A stretch of DNA of 64,000 nt, taken from the NCBI GenBank assembly GCA_963797095.1, contig CAWCNY010000005.1, forward strand, positions 615,425 to 679,424. Direction: 5' to 3'. How positions within the stretch are numbered: position 1 is the first letter of the stretch; each line of letters opens with the position of its first letter. A program made the position numbers and the translations under genes. Shown one piece after another: positions 1-9,414 of this stretch. The DNA is from an uncultured Chloroflexia bacterium (GTDB lineage: Bacteria > Chloroflexota > Chloroflexia > QHBQ01 > JADMIH01). Under the pieces are notes generated by a model. The model was not told the origin of the DNA, ran no database searches, and saw only the letters and a list, made by a program, of their open reading frames with translations.

Positions 1-5
1 TACAG

Positions 6-1073
6 GTGATGTCGCTCACGCGTCGCGAGTTCGACAAGGGCAACGAGGATAGATCTGAGATGCCGGTCAGGCATATTTATACGGGCGCGAACTACGGGGC
101 GGTCGGTGACTATGCCAACCTGGGGCGAGTGATCGAGCAGACCAGACGGGTATTGAGCACCAACCGCGTAGCCATCGCCCACCTGATAGGGACGCCGCTG
201 GCACTGGCACCATGGCTGCATTACCGGGGAATCAGGGTAGTCAATCACATCACTTTGTGCGAGCAGGTGTATATGGGGCACGTCGAGAGGATGCGGGCGC
301 AACTTGGGTGGCAGATATACGACAGGTGGATTGATATGTATGCGGTCAGCTCACCGGCACTCGTGGGACCTGTACTTTCGCGTGGGATCAATCCCGCGAA
401 AGTGTGCGTTGTGCCAGCGCCGGTGGACACGGGAATATACAGCCCTGACAACCGCGAACAGACGCGGAGATCGCTTGGCATCGGCATGGAAGACCTGGCT
501 GTGGTGTATGTTGGAACGCTTTCACCAATGCGCTTCCCGGTGGAGACGATACGGAAGGGATTGGAACGTGCCTCGTGGAGGGCAAGGAGAAAGGTGCGGT
601 TCTTCGCGTTCGCACCCAACGCTACTCACAGCTACAATCGCTCGTGGAGCGAGGAGGTACGCCAGGCGCTGGCTGATATACCCGATGTGGAGGTAAACGT
701 TACGCTTGGCGACCTGAGCGACACCGATAAGGCCCGCTGGTTCCGAGCTGCGGACGCGGTGCTTGTGCCTTTTACAGCACCCGTGGCGATCGAGCCGCCG
801 CTCACCATGCTGGAAGCAATGGCTTCAGGGGCTGTGGTAACTGCCACGCCGTTTGCCAACCGGTCGGAGAGCATTACCAGAGGGGTGAACGGTTATATCT
901 ATTCGACGGGCGAAGAGCTTGAGGATACGCTGGTGCACGTGCTTCGTCACACCAACAGCGCACATCTGAAAGAGATGAAGCGACAGGCTCGCGAGACAAT
1001 CGTGCGGCAATATGGTTTTGCTACAGTCGCTGCCAGTGTTGCGAATGTTTGGAGCAGGTTGGAGCGCCAATAA
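6..1073 (+). CDS. Glycosyltransferase family 1 (GT4-like). It may be 5'-truncated by the window edge.
   Basis: The C-terminal GT1 domain shows an E-x7-E-type motif (EPPLTMLEAMASGAVV...GVNGYIY). The ORF runs to the window start with no upstream stop codon. Confidence 0.75.
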   Translation: MMSLTRREFDKGNEDRSEMPVRHIYTGANYGAVGDYANLGRVIEQTRRVLSTNRVAIAHLIGTPLALAPWLHYRGIRVVNHITLCEQVYMGHVERMRAQLGWQIYDRWIDMYAVSSPALVGPVLSRGINPAKVCVVPAPVDTGIYSPDNREQTRRSLGIGMEDLAVVYVGTLSPMRFPVETIRKGLERASWRARRKVRFFAFAPNATHSYNRSWSEEVRQALADIPDVEVNVTLGDLSDTDKARWFRAADAVLVPFTAPVAIEPPLTMLEAMASGAVVTATPFANRSESITRGVNGYIYSTGEELEDTLVHVLRHTNSAHLKEMKRQARETIVRQYGFATVAASVANVWSRLERQ

Positions 1074-1074
1074 T

Positions 1075-2862
1075 ATGGTAAGCATCTCTACGCAGGAGAA
1101 GATTGCTAGCCTGGACGCCGGGAAAAGCGCGAGAGAAATATCGTTTGTTTCGACGCGTGCACTGGCTATGGTGCAGATGGTGTGCCTGGTGGTGCTGGCC
1201 GGGTGCGGCTTTGGCTCGATCCTGGCGCTCCGCGAGGCGGAGTGGCTCTTGCGGCCAGGCGAACTTGACCTTGCGAGCGCCCTGCCGACACCCTACTGGC
1301 TAATGCTGGCAGTCGGAACGTTGGCCGGGATCATCATCCTGTTGAAGTCGGATTCGGACGCGGCACGAACGGCTGCTGTGGCGGGGATCGCGTTTCTGTT
1401 TGGACCTGCTTTCTTGCTCGGTATCTATCCGGGGGTGGCGGGGTGGGATACTTACTTGCATGCCGCTCCAGCGAGCACGCTGCTGGCTGGGCAGGGGATC
1501 CCGGCTAATAACTATTACGCTGGGCAGTACCCAGGCACCGCAAGTCTGCTGGCGATTGTATCAGGTGCGACTGGGCTTAGCCCCGTAGAAGGGGGGATAC
1601 TGGTCACGGCGGGGGCGGGGATAAGTTTGACGCTGCTGTGGATGGGGATTGCCCGCCACTGGCTCGATTCGCGAACTTCAGCATGGGCAGCACTGGGGGT
1701 GCTGGCGCTCACGCCCGCTATCTTGACCAATGACCATATCTCGCCGTGGAATGTCAGCTATGTGCTGGTGTGGGCGATGGTGCTGTTGCTGTTGGTGGGG
1801 GTGGAAAGCCCGCGAGCATGGATGCAGGCGAGCGTAGGCGCGCTGCTCCTCGGAGGGGGCACAGTGGTTGTGCACCCGTTCATGCCGATCGTGGCGACAG
1901 TGCTCGCGGGTGGGTGCGCTTTGCTGGCGTGGAGGCGAGGGTCGATCCAGGGCAGCGCAGCGGGCTGGTTCGCGCTAATGCTAGCGGTGGCGGCAACCGC
2001 CTGGACGATATATGTGGCTACGCAGTACTTCGGGACGGGAGTAGCCTTCCTGAAGAATGTGCTGCTGGGAACGCAGGATGTGGCAGACCAGTGGACAGGG
2101 CTTTCGACATATGAAGTGCTCAAGCGCGCTTCGACGCCCGCTTTGAGCATTATCGCGCTGAGATGGGCTGGGTATGCCGGGGCTGGAGTGCTGGCGCTGA
2201 CCGGGCTGGTGCTGCGCAGGACGCGACGGGACGTAGGCGGAGTGCTTATGATCGTGGCGGCGAGCGTGGCTTCGCCTCTTGTAGGTTTCGCGTCGGAAGC
2301 CCCGTGGGTGCAGCGCTTTCTATATCTCGCTCCGCCACTGCTGGTGATGGCCGCCGCTATTTCGTTGAAGGGGTGGGCAGAGCGACTCAATATGGGTAGG
2401 CGTGCCGGGCTGGTGGGGGCACTCTTGATGGGCGCGTGGCTGGTGGGGAGCACCCTCGTGTGGCACCCTCCTACGCTGGTAAATAGCGTACACCCTGAGG
2501 AGTCGACCTTTGTGGTGTGGCCACAGGAGACGGCTGCCGCACGGTACGTGGCAAATCTCAATGCGAACGGGCCTGTGAGCGTAGGCAGTGATTTGCAGAC
2601 GATGATCATCTACTCTTACTTCAAACCGAATTATTCACCGTTTGATCACGGTATATCGATGGGGTCAAATCTGACGGAGCAACTGGGACAGAACATGTTT
2701 ATGTTCGATGGAGAGTATGTTATCAGGTCGGGCAGGCAGGAAATGGTGAGCTATGGGGCTCAGGATATGGACCCCGGCTTCTGGCAGGGACTCGACCACA
2801 ACTTGAATAGTTATAGCGAGAGGATTTACGACAACGGGTTTGTGCAGGTTTACAGGCGGTGA
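1075..2862 (+). CDS. Large polytopic membrane protein with a C-terminal soluble domain. A GT-C-like or polysaccharide-related function is only a guess.
   Basis: There are many hydrophobic helices (about 12) followed by a roughly 170-aa hydrophilic C-terminus. The ATG at 1075 overlaps the upstream TAA stop. The gene sits between a glycosyltransferase and a nucleotidyltransferase. Confidence 0.65.
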   Translation: MVSISTQEKIASLDAGKSAREISFVSTRALAMVQMVCLVVLAGCGFGSILALREAEWLLRPGELDLASALPTPYWLMLAVGTLAGIIILLKSDSDAARTAAVAGIAFLFGPAFLLGIYPGVAGWDTYLHAAPASTLLAGQGIPANNYYAGQYPGTASLLAIVSGATGLSPVEGGILVTAGAGISLTLLWMGIARHWLDSRTSAWAALGVLALTPAILTNDHISPWNVSYVLVWAMVLLLLVGVESPRAWMQASVGALLLGGGTVVVHPFMPIVATVLAGGCALLAWRRGSIQGSAAGWFALMLAVAATAWTIYVATQYFGTGVAFLKNVLLGTQDVADQWTGLSTYEVLKRASTPALSIIALRWAGYAGAGVLALTGLVLRRTRRDVGGVLMIVAASVASPLVGFASEAPWVQRFLYLAPPLLVMAAAISLKGWAERLNMGRRAGLVGALLMGAWLVGSTLVWHPPTLVNSVHPEESTFVVWPQETAAARYVANLNANGPVSVGSDLQTMIIYSYFKPNYSPFDHGISMGSNLTEQLGQNMFMFDGEYVIRSGRQEMVSYGAQDMDPGFWQGLDHNLNSYSERIYDNGFVQVYRR

Positions 2863-2863
2863 T

Positions 2864-3967
2864 ATGAACACAACAATGCAAACAAGAGGCATAGCGATTA
2901 CAGGAGCGAACAGCAAGTATGACCAAGCGCTTACGCACGGGTACTTCGGCAGCGAGGCGACCGGGCTGAGGCCGGACAGGATGACGATGGCTCAGGCACT
3001 GCAGTTGAAGGCGAACAAGTGGAGCGTGTTGGCCGCAAACGAGGCGGATAGTTATGCGCATCGTGCCGAAAGCGCGGGCAAGGCCAACAGCGTGGCGGAG
3101 TTGATCGGGCAGCAGGGCACGCAGATGAGCGCGTGGGCGGAACTGCTGGCGGACGCGGTGCAGATGTTCGAGTCGGTAGCTGCGAGTTGGACGCTGATGA
3201 AGGCGCTCGCCTCGCCCTTCGCGCTCATGTCAGATATTGACTTCCTGGTGCCGGAGCCTGTGGATATAGCGCGGATAACGCTTGAATTGGAGATACGAGG
3301 TTTCCGGTTGTACAGATTCCGGTTGCTGGCACACCCACTGAAAGTGATGGCAGTGCCTGATAGACAGGACATCAAACAGCCTCCGGCTATAGATATTTAC
3401 CCGGACGGGATGTGGGTCAGGAAACATGTGATCGACGGCCCCGGAGTGGTGGAACGCAGGAACGCGGATGAGGTACGGGGGATCAAGGTATATTCGCCAA
3501 GCCCAGCAGACGATCTTTATCTGGTGGCGACGCATGCTTTTTCTCATGGCGCGATTTCGCTCGCCGAATTGGACCACGGGACACGATTGGCGGCGGAAGG
3601 CGGCAGTTGCTTCGATTGGGACCAGGTGGTTAGGATGGCGGAAGTCTTCGGCTGCCTAAACTCGGTATATGTGTACCTGGGGCTGATAGAGAGGATATGC
3701 GAGGCGCTTGGACAGGATCGGGTTGTGCCTAAGAGCGTAGTGAAGTCGCTGGCACAGCGGGCGGTGAACAGGCCGATAGAGGGTTGGCTGAAGCGGGCGG
3801 GCGAGAGTCTTGAGTTTCCACTGCGAGTACCGTTGTGGATCAGCACGGTTCGTTCGGCGCTCTATCATTTGCCGGCTGTGCTTGGAAAGCTTCGCCCGCG
3901 GGAACTGGTGATGGACGCTGCGGTACATGGGTTCGCGGTGGGCACGCACCTTATGAGGAGGGATTAG
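2864..3967 (+). CDS. Nucleotidyltransferase-family protein (uncharacterised NTase, PF14907-like)
   Basis: There is an MSDIDFLV-type motif and a pol-beta-like NTase core. The ATG at 2864 overlaps the upstream TGA stop, which suggests translational coupling. Confidence 0.65.
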   Translation: MNTTMQTRGIAITGANSKYDQALTHGYFGSEATGLRPDRMTMAQALQLKANKWSVLAANEADSYAHRAESAGKANSVAELIGQQGTQMSAWAELLADAVQMFESVAASWTLMKALASPFALMSDIDFLVPEPVDIARITLELEIRGFRLYRFRLLAHPLKVMAVPDRQDIKQPPAIDIYPDGMWVRKHVIDGPGVVERRNADEVRGIKVYSPSPADDLYLVATHAFSHGAISLAELDHGTRLAAEGGSCFDWDQVVRMAEVFGCLNSVYVYLGLIERICEALGQDRVVPKSVVKSLAQRAVNRPIEGWLKRAGESLEFPLRVPLWISTVRSALYHLPAVLGKLRPRELVMDAAVHGFAVGTHLMRRD

Positions 3968-4014
3968 TGAACGTCAAACGCACAATCGTTGACAAATCGC
4001 TTGGCGTGTTTGGG

Positions 4015-4239
4015 ATGGCCGGGTGTGCCGGATTGGCGCTGGTGGCAGTTCGGAGTTTGGGCACGAAGAGTGTGGTTGGCACGGCTGGGGGCGGAATGTC
4101 GTTGCTGGCTTCGACCGTGATGTTCTACTTCGGATGGCTGCTATTGCGCTATCCCGCTGAGAGGCTGTCGGCGGCAAGGGATATAGCACGTGACGCCGAG
4201 AAGCAGGGCGGACCACTCACACCTCGTTGGAAAGGTTAG
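4015..4239 (+). CDS. Small hydrophobic protein (hypothetical)
   Basis: A short ORF with two predicted transmembrane segments (MAGCAGLALVAV... and LLASTVMFYFGWLLL). The start codon is uncertain and GTG 3967 is an alternative. Confidence 0.25.
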   Translation: MAGCAGLALVAVRSLGTKSVVGTAGGGMSLLASTVMFYFGWLLLRYPAERLSAARDIARDAEKQGGPLTPRWKG

Positions 4240-4247
4240 ATAGAGAA

Positions 4248-4940
4248 ATGCTTGGCGACCGTCTCATTATGATCTCCGGTATAGATGGCAGCGGCAAATC
4301 GAGCCACCTGTCGTGGATTGCCGCTGCGCTGCGCGCCGATGGACAGCCTTACAGATATGTGCGTATGCGCTGGTCTGCGTTTACCAGTTATCCCTTGCTG
4401 GGGGTTGCCCGAATGATGGGGTACGCACCGCGTGAGTACAACAAACGCTCGCAGAGCGTGGTGATCAAGCATCGCTACGATGAGAGTGCGATGATGCACA
4501 AGCTGTGGCCGATGCTGTTCGCCTTCGATACTGCCATCAACGCCTCCAAGAAGGTGATACGGCCTTTGGAGCGTGGCGAGTGGGTGCTGTGCGATAGGTA
4601 TGTGGTGGATGCAATCGTGGATGTGGCAGCTATGCTCAAGGACGAGAACCTGCTACGCGGCAAGTTCGCAGATAAGCTACTTTCACTGGTCCCGCAAGGC
4701 ACGCGCAAGCTGTTTCTGGATACCGACCCTATGGTGGCCTTTGAGCGCAAGCTGGATATACCGGAACCGGAATTTGTGCTGTATCGCAGGCCGCTGTATG
4801 GAAGGCTTTCGGCGCTTACCCAAACTCCTGTGATAGATGGCAACCGATCTTATGAGAAGATACAGGAAGATATAGCCAGGATAGTGGGTTTTGGGCCGCT
4901 CGCCGAGCATAGAGGGGTTATCCCTGAGGGGATAGCATGA
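4248..4940 (+). CDS. Thymidylate-kinase-like P-loop kinase
   Basis: A Walker A motif (ISGIDGSGKSS) sits at the N-terminus and the dTMP-kinase-like fold has a DRY motif. The ORF track starts at TTG 4227; I prefer ATG 4248. Confidence 0.65.
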   Translation: MLGDRLIMISGIDGSGKSSHLSWIAAALRADGQPYRYVRMRWSAFTSYPLLGVARMMGYAPREYNKRSQSVVIKHRYDESAMMHKLWPMLFAFDTAINASKKVIRPLERGEWVLCDRYVVDAIVDVAAMLKDENLLRGKFADKLLSLVPQGTRKLFLDTDPMVAFERKLDIPEPEFVLYRRPLYGRLSALTQTPVIDGNRSYEKIQEDIARIVGFGPLAEHRGVIPEGIA

Positions 4941-6310
4941 AGATGGGGTATCGAGTACCGAGTGCCGAGTACCGAGTGGCGACACCGGTCGGGGGCGCAA
5001 CACCGAGCGTGCATAGCTCGCTGTGGATGCGGCTGCATTCGCGCGCGCCTCTGCTTGTCAGCAGCGGGACGGCCTTCCTGGGTACGACATTGACGGGGAT
5101 ACTGGGGTTTGTGTTCTGGGTGATCGCGGCTCGGCTCTATCCGGCATCGAGTGTTGGGCTCGCCAGCGCGGCAATCTCGGCCATGTTCCTGGTTGGGAAC
5201 CTGGGAAGGCTGGGGATGGATTACGCCCTGGCGCTCCACCTGCCACAGCAGGGCAATAAGGAGCGGAGGCATACGACCGCATTGGTGACGTTGGGCCTGG
5301 TGGGCATCGCAAGCGCGGCGTTTGGGCTGCTGTTCATCTTGCAGGGAGCGTTCAGCAGCGAGGTGCGCAACATGCTGGTCGAAAACGGCTGGCTGGCGGT
5401 GGGGTTTGTGCTGGCGTGCGGGGCGTGGGGGCTTGGGCTGGTGCTCGAACAGTTGCTGCTGGTCGGGAGGTATGGGGGACTGGTGCTGGGGAAGAACGCC
5501 GCCTTCTCGGTTGGACGGATCGTGGCTCTGGTGATCCTGCTGCCGCTCGCAGGCGAACGATACGGTATCGTGGCTGCTACGCTGCTGGGCGTGGGAGCGG
5601 GGGTCGCGGTGGTTTGGGCTGCGTTCAGGACCCGTATGGCCTATTCTTTCGGATCGATGCGGGAGAGCGTAGGCGAGGTGGCAAGGCTAGTTGGAAGCTC
5701 AGGCTTCGGGAACTATGTACCTGCGCTGGTGGCAGGACTGCCCGGCTGGCTCCTCCCCGTGACTGTGCTGGACCGAGCGGATAGCGCCAGCGCCGCCCAT
5801 TTCTATACAGCATGGATGATAGTGACATTGGTGAACTCGGCACCGGCTGCGCTGGCTTCTGGGATGCTGGCCGAAGGGTCGCGTGTACGCGAAAGCAGCC
5901 GAGCGCTCATATTGAAGGCCTATAAATACGCAGCAGTGGTGATGGTGCCAGCTGTGGCCGTCCTGTTTGTGGCGGCGGAGCCGATCCTCAGCATATTTGG
6001 GAGCGGCTATTCGGAGAGTGGAGCGGAACTGCTACACTGGATGGCGCTCGGCAGCATACCTTACGCGCTGGTGCAGGTCAACGCAATCAAGCTGCGTTTG
6101 GACGGCAAACTCGGCGCACTCGTTGTAGCGGCTGCTCTGCTCAGCAGCATCTGCCTGGGCGGCAGCTATTTCGCGATACCGGTATTCGGCCTGGAGTCGG
6201 TTGGAATAGCCTGGATGGCAGGCTCGGTATTGGCTGGCATTGTGAGCATTTGGCCTCTCTTGCCTACAATCTTTACACGCGGAGAAAAGACACAATGGCT
6301 GCAAGCGTAA
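4937..6310 (+). CDS. Polysaccharide biosynthesis protein / Wzx-like flippase (MOP superfamily)
   Basis: There are about 12-14 transmembrane helices with a Wzx-like N-terminus. An ATGA overlap with the upstream kinase suggests coupling. Codons 5-15 are encoded by a heptamer tandem repeat (CGAGT[AG]C), so the start could instead be the internal ATG at 5027. Confidence 0.7.
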   Translation: MKMGYRVPSAEYRVATPVGGATPSVHSSLWMRLHSRAPLLVSSGTAFLGTTLTGILGFVFWVIAARLYPASSVGLASAAISAMFLVGNLGRLGMDYALALHLPQQGNKERRHTTALVTLGLVGIASAAFGLLFILQGAFSSEVRNMLVENGWLAVGFVLACGAWGLGLVLEQLLLVGRYGGLVLGKNAAFSVGRIVALVILLPLAGERYGIVAATLLGVGAGVAVVWAAFRTRMAYSFGSMRESVGEVARLVGSSGFGNYVPALVAGLPGWLLPVTVLDRADSASAAHFYTAWMIVTLVNSAPAALASGMLAEGSRVRESSRALILKAYKYAAVVMVPAVAVLFVAAEPILSIFGSGYSESGAELLHWMALGSIPYALVQVNAIKLRLDGKLGALVVAAALLSSICLGGSYFAIPVFGLESVGIAWMAGSVLAGIVSIWPLLPTIFTRGEKTQWLQA

Positions 6311-7071
6311 AGTCTAAATCGAGATTGGCCGGTCGTAGCGACATCTACTTCTGTGCCCTGGGCGGCTTTTCGCTCGGCCTCTACGCGATACTCACCCATT
6401 TTTGGGTGATCGACAGGGGCCCACTGGGTGAAGTGCCCACAGCTATGCTCGGCGCGGGGTTGCTGGTATTTCCAGGGTATAGCCTATGCCGTGCACTGGG
6501 CCTTGACCAGCATGGGACGGCTGTGTTGGGTGGGCTTTCATTCGCGCTGAGTCTGGCATTGCTGGCCGTGGCAGGCGCGGGCGCGTGGCTCATGGTGCAA
6601 GAGCTTGACATTACAGCTATCGAGACAGCGGTGCTGGCTCTCACTATTAGCTTTTGCGCTGTCGCGGCTTTGCGCAGCACAGAGGTGGATGGTGCCCTGA
6701 AGGGCGCGCCTGAGCGATGGACCGCGTTGGGATTGGTGCTTGTTCCGCTCCTCGTTGGGGCGGTGGCATTCAGCCCCGACCTGCCGGTGACCGCCGCAGC
6801 ACGGCACACCGAGTTCTATTTGAATACGCATACCACGCCACTTACCGTGGATATCTACAATGCGGAAGGCAGGACTGTAACTTATACACTGGTAGCAGAC
6901 GACGGCCACAGGCAGGAGAGCATCGGACCTATTGACCCTGGGGTGGATGGGCGTTGGGAAGGCAAATCACCAATCGCACCACCCGTGGGAGGCACATTGC
7001 ACCTGTACCTGTACCGCTATGGAACACACCAACCCTATCGCTTGCTGGTGATAGCGGGCGACAACCCATGA
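6295..7071 (+). CDS. Membrane protein with a C-terminal extracytoplasmic domain (hypothetical)
   Basis: The N-terminal half has about 5 transmembrane helices and the C-terminal 90 aa are soluble. ATG 6295 overlaps the flippase stop codon. The ORF track starts earlier, at 6250. Confidence 0.55.
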   Translation: MAASVKSKSRLAGRSDIYFCALGGFSLGLYAILTHFWVIDRGPLGEVPTAMLGAGLLVFPGYSLCRALGLDQHGTAVLGGLSFALSLALLAVAGAGAWLMVQELDITAIETAVLALTISFCAVAALRSTEVDGALKGAPERWTALGLVLVPLLVGAVAFSPDLPVTAAARHTEFYLNTHTTPLTVDIYNAEGRTVTYTLVADDGHRQESIGPIDPGVDGRWEGKSPIAPPVGGTLHLYLYRYGTHQPYRLLVIAGDNP

Positions 7072-7108
7072 ATGGGGGCCTAAAGGGAGGCAACGAGAGG
7101 TCACTAAG

Positions 7109-8107
7109 ATGTCTATACTACGCAACAAACCTACACTACCTTATTGGGGCTACTTGCTGGCGGCTACCGCCGGAGAGGTGGCTGCGGTGTATGTGCCACT
7201 GCTTGGGCTGGGTATCTACACGGCGCTCTTGATCGCCATGCTCACGCAAGGTGTGATGTCGCGAGATGATGACAGGTGCAACCTGGCCCTTGCCCTGGTG
7301 CCTGCGCCGTTGATCCGCCTCCTTTCGCTTACTATGCCTCTCCTTGATTTCCCGCGGGTCGCGTGGTACCCAATGGTGGCGGTTCCGCTGATAGTCGCGG
7401 TATGGCTCATAGCGAGACAAGCCGGCTTCAGTCGTGGCGACCTGGGCCTTCGGATCGGTAACCTGCCAGCACAAGTGTTGGTGGCACTTTTCGGACCGGC
7501 TCTTGGAATTATCGAGTTTGTCATCCTGAAACCCGCTCCGCTCACACGCTCGGAGGATATCTATGAGATCGGGTTTTACAGCCTGGTGCTCCTGATCTTC
7601 ACCGGGCTGAACGAGGAGTTGATCTTCCGGGGGCTGATGCAGGCTGCCGCCGGGCGGGTGCTGGGCCGCAGCGCACTTCTGTTTGTGTCAATCTTGTTCG
7701 GGGTGCTGCACATCGGTTATATGTCGGTGCCGGACCTCGTATTTGTGACGGGGGTGGGGCTTGCGTTCGCGTACCTGGTACGCTGGGGAGGCTCTATCCT
7801 GGGCGTCACCCTCGTGCACGGACTTACTAATATTACGCTGTTTATAGTAGCACCCCTTGCCCTGGCTGATATGGGATCGGATGCCGCTACCAGCCTCTTT
7901 GCGGTAGCAGGAGCCGGGGTGTTGTTCGCGAGCATCGGCACATTTTGGATATATCGTTCGGCGCGCCGAGACAACGAGGCAGCTGCGCAACAGGAAAAAC
8001 CCACCTATCTGGAGAAGCCCGGCGACCTACCAATTGCTTATGCAAGGTCGAAGTATGTAACCAAAATACTTACCGACACATTGCTGGCTTCGATTGTTCA
8101 ACAATAA
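7109..8107 (+). CDS. CPBP-family intramembrane metalloprotease (CAAX protease / Abi family)
   Basis: The conserved EELIFRG motif, the FGVLH motif and the HGLTN motif lie within transmembrane helices. Confidence 0.8.
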   Translation: MSILRNKPTLPYWGYLLAATAGEVAAVYVPLLGLGIYTALLIAMLTQGVMSRDDDRCNLALALVPAPLIRLLSLTMPLLDFPRVAWYPMVAVPLIVAVWLIARQAGFSRGDLGLRIGNLPAQVLVALFGPALGIIEFVILKPAPLTRSEDIYEIGFYSLVLLIFTGLNEELIFRGLMQAAAGRVLGRSALLFVSILFGVLHIGYMSVPDLVFVTGVGLAFAYLVRWGGSILGVTLVHGLTNITLFIVAPLALADMGSDAATSLFAVAGAGVLFASIGTFWIYRSARRDNEAAAQQEKPTYLEKPGDLPIAYARSKYVTKILTDTLLASIVQQ

Positions 8108-8128
8108 CCCTGAGAAGGAGGTGATAAG

Positions 8129-8359
8129 GTGACCACAACAGTTACGACAACTACAGTTACTACCCTGGCGCAGGCCGCTGCACTGGGCGTGGTGGCGGTG
8201 ATAATCTTGCTGGCGTTGTTAGCCAACAAGCAATTCATCGCCAACAGCTCGAATGAGCGCCTGCAACGACTGAGCAAAACGCTTAACGTGGCAATAGTGC
8301 CGTTCATGATAGTGTTCGCGGTAATTGCGACCGTCAAGTTTGTTACTGCACTAAGCTAG
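8129..8359 (+). CDS. Small two-transmembrane membrane protein with a Thr/Val repeat N-terminus (hypothetical)
   Basis: A strong RBS (GAAGGAGGTG) lies 6-8 nt upstream of the GTG start. Two hydrophobic helices are present. Confidence 0.45.
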   Translation: MTTTVTTTTVTTLAQAAALGVVAVIILLALLANKQFIANSSNERLQRLSKTLNVAIVPFMIVFAVIATVKFVTALS

Positions 8360-8682
8360 TTATGCATATGGTTCAACATAGCCTGTGATCAAAGCGGTCA
8401 AGACATGCCCTGGCCATGCGAGCGTTTTGGAACGCATGGGAATGTCGCCTGACGGCAGGATAAAATATCGTTTGCACCTTGAGTGTGGGGCGGGGAATGC
8501 CTCGCCCCGTGCAAACGCCAAACCAGCAGATCACCACAGGGGTGTGGTGTTTTGCACAGTTGCAATCTTGCATCTTCTGTGTTAGTATTGTACTGTGCTA
8601 GCTGATGAGGATGGGCTGGCGGAGACTCAGGCGTATAGCTCAAGCAATCAGGCTCGAGTAGCTCGAAAAGGCGAGCAAGAAG

Positions 8683-9318
8683 ATGATCTATGATTTTGGT
8701 CCGCGCGCTCAGTGGGTCTATACGGTACTACGTGAGCGAATAACAAGCGGGGAGTTTACGCCGGGGATGCGCCTGCCATCTCATACTGAGTTGGCGGCGG
8801 AGTTCGGCGTTGCGCCACTCACTGTGCGACAGGTGCTGTCGCGCCTCGAAGAAGAGGGAATCGTATCGCGCCAACAAGGGCGCGGTACTTTCGTTCGCGA
8901 ACAAACCATCCCGGCGGTGCTGATCGCAGAGGACGACCCTGAAATGTCGGCTTTGCTCAGCGCTCACGTCCAGAGGGCAGGATACAGACCACTCACGGCA
9001 TCTAACCCGGCGGATGCGATGCAGATACTACAGAACGATCAGAACATCGCACTTATCTTCAGCGACGTGCGAATGCCTGACCGGGATAGTGGCATCGACT
9101 TCATCCGCACGGTACGAAGGCGCTGGTCTCAACTCCCACTGGCCGCTGTAACCGGTTTTCCGGAGGATCTATCGGAGTTGCATGGCACACCCAAATCACC
9201 GGTGCTGATCCTACCTAAGCCTGTGTGGGCGCACCAGATACAGGAAGCCCTACGACTGGCCCTCCGCACAACCTACAATAACATGAATTTCGAAAGACCT
9301 CACCAGCAGAACCCCTGA
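8683..9318 (+). CDS. Transcriptional regulator with an N-terminal GntR-type winged HTH fused to a C-terminal receiver (REC) domain
   Basis: The GntR HTH is visible (TELAAEFGVAPLTVRQVLSRLEEEGIVSRQQGRGTFV). It is followed by a REC-like domain (VLIAEDDPEMSALL...LIFSDVRMPD...). Confidence 0.8.
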   Translation: MIYDFGPRAQWVYTVLRERITSGEFTPGMRLPSHTELAAEFGVAPLTVRQVLSRLEEEGIVSRQQGRGTFVREQTIPAVLIAEDDPEMSALLSAHVQRAGYRPLTASNPADAMQILQNDQNIALIFSDVRMPDRDSGIDFIRTVRRRWSQLPLAAVTGFPEDLSELHGTPKSPVLILPKPVWAHQIQEALRLALRTTYNNMNFERPHQQNP

Positions 9319-9414
9319 TACGCACACAACACATGCTTGATGAGTAGAAGATAAGCCATCGCGAAGTGTAATGGAATAGATCGTGCTAACCCACTCCTTT
9401 AGATCGGGTCAGTT

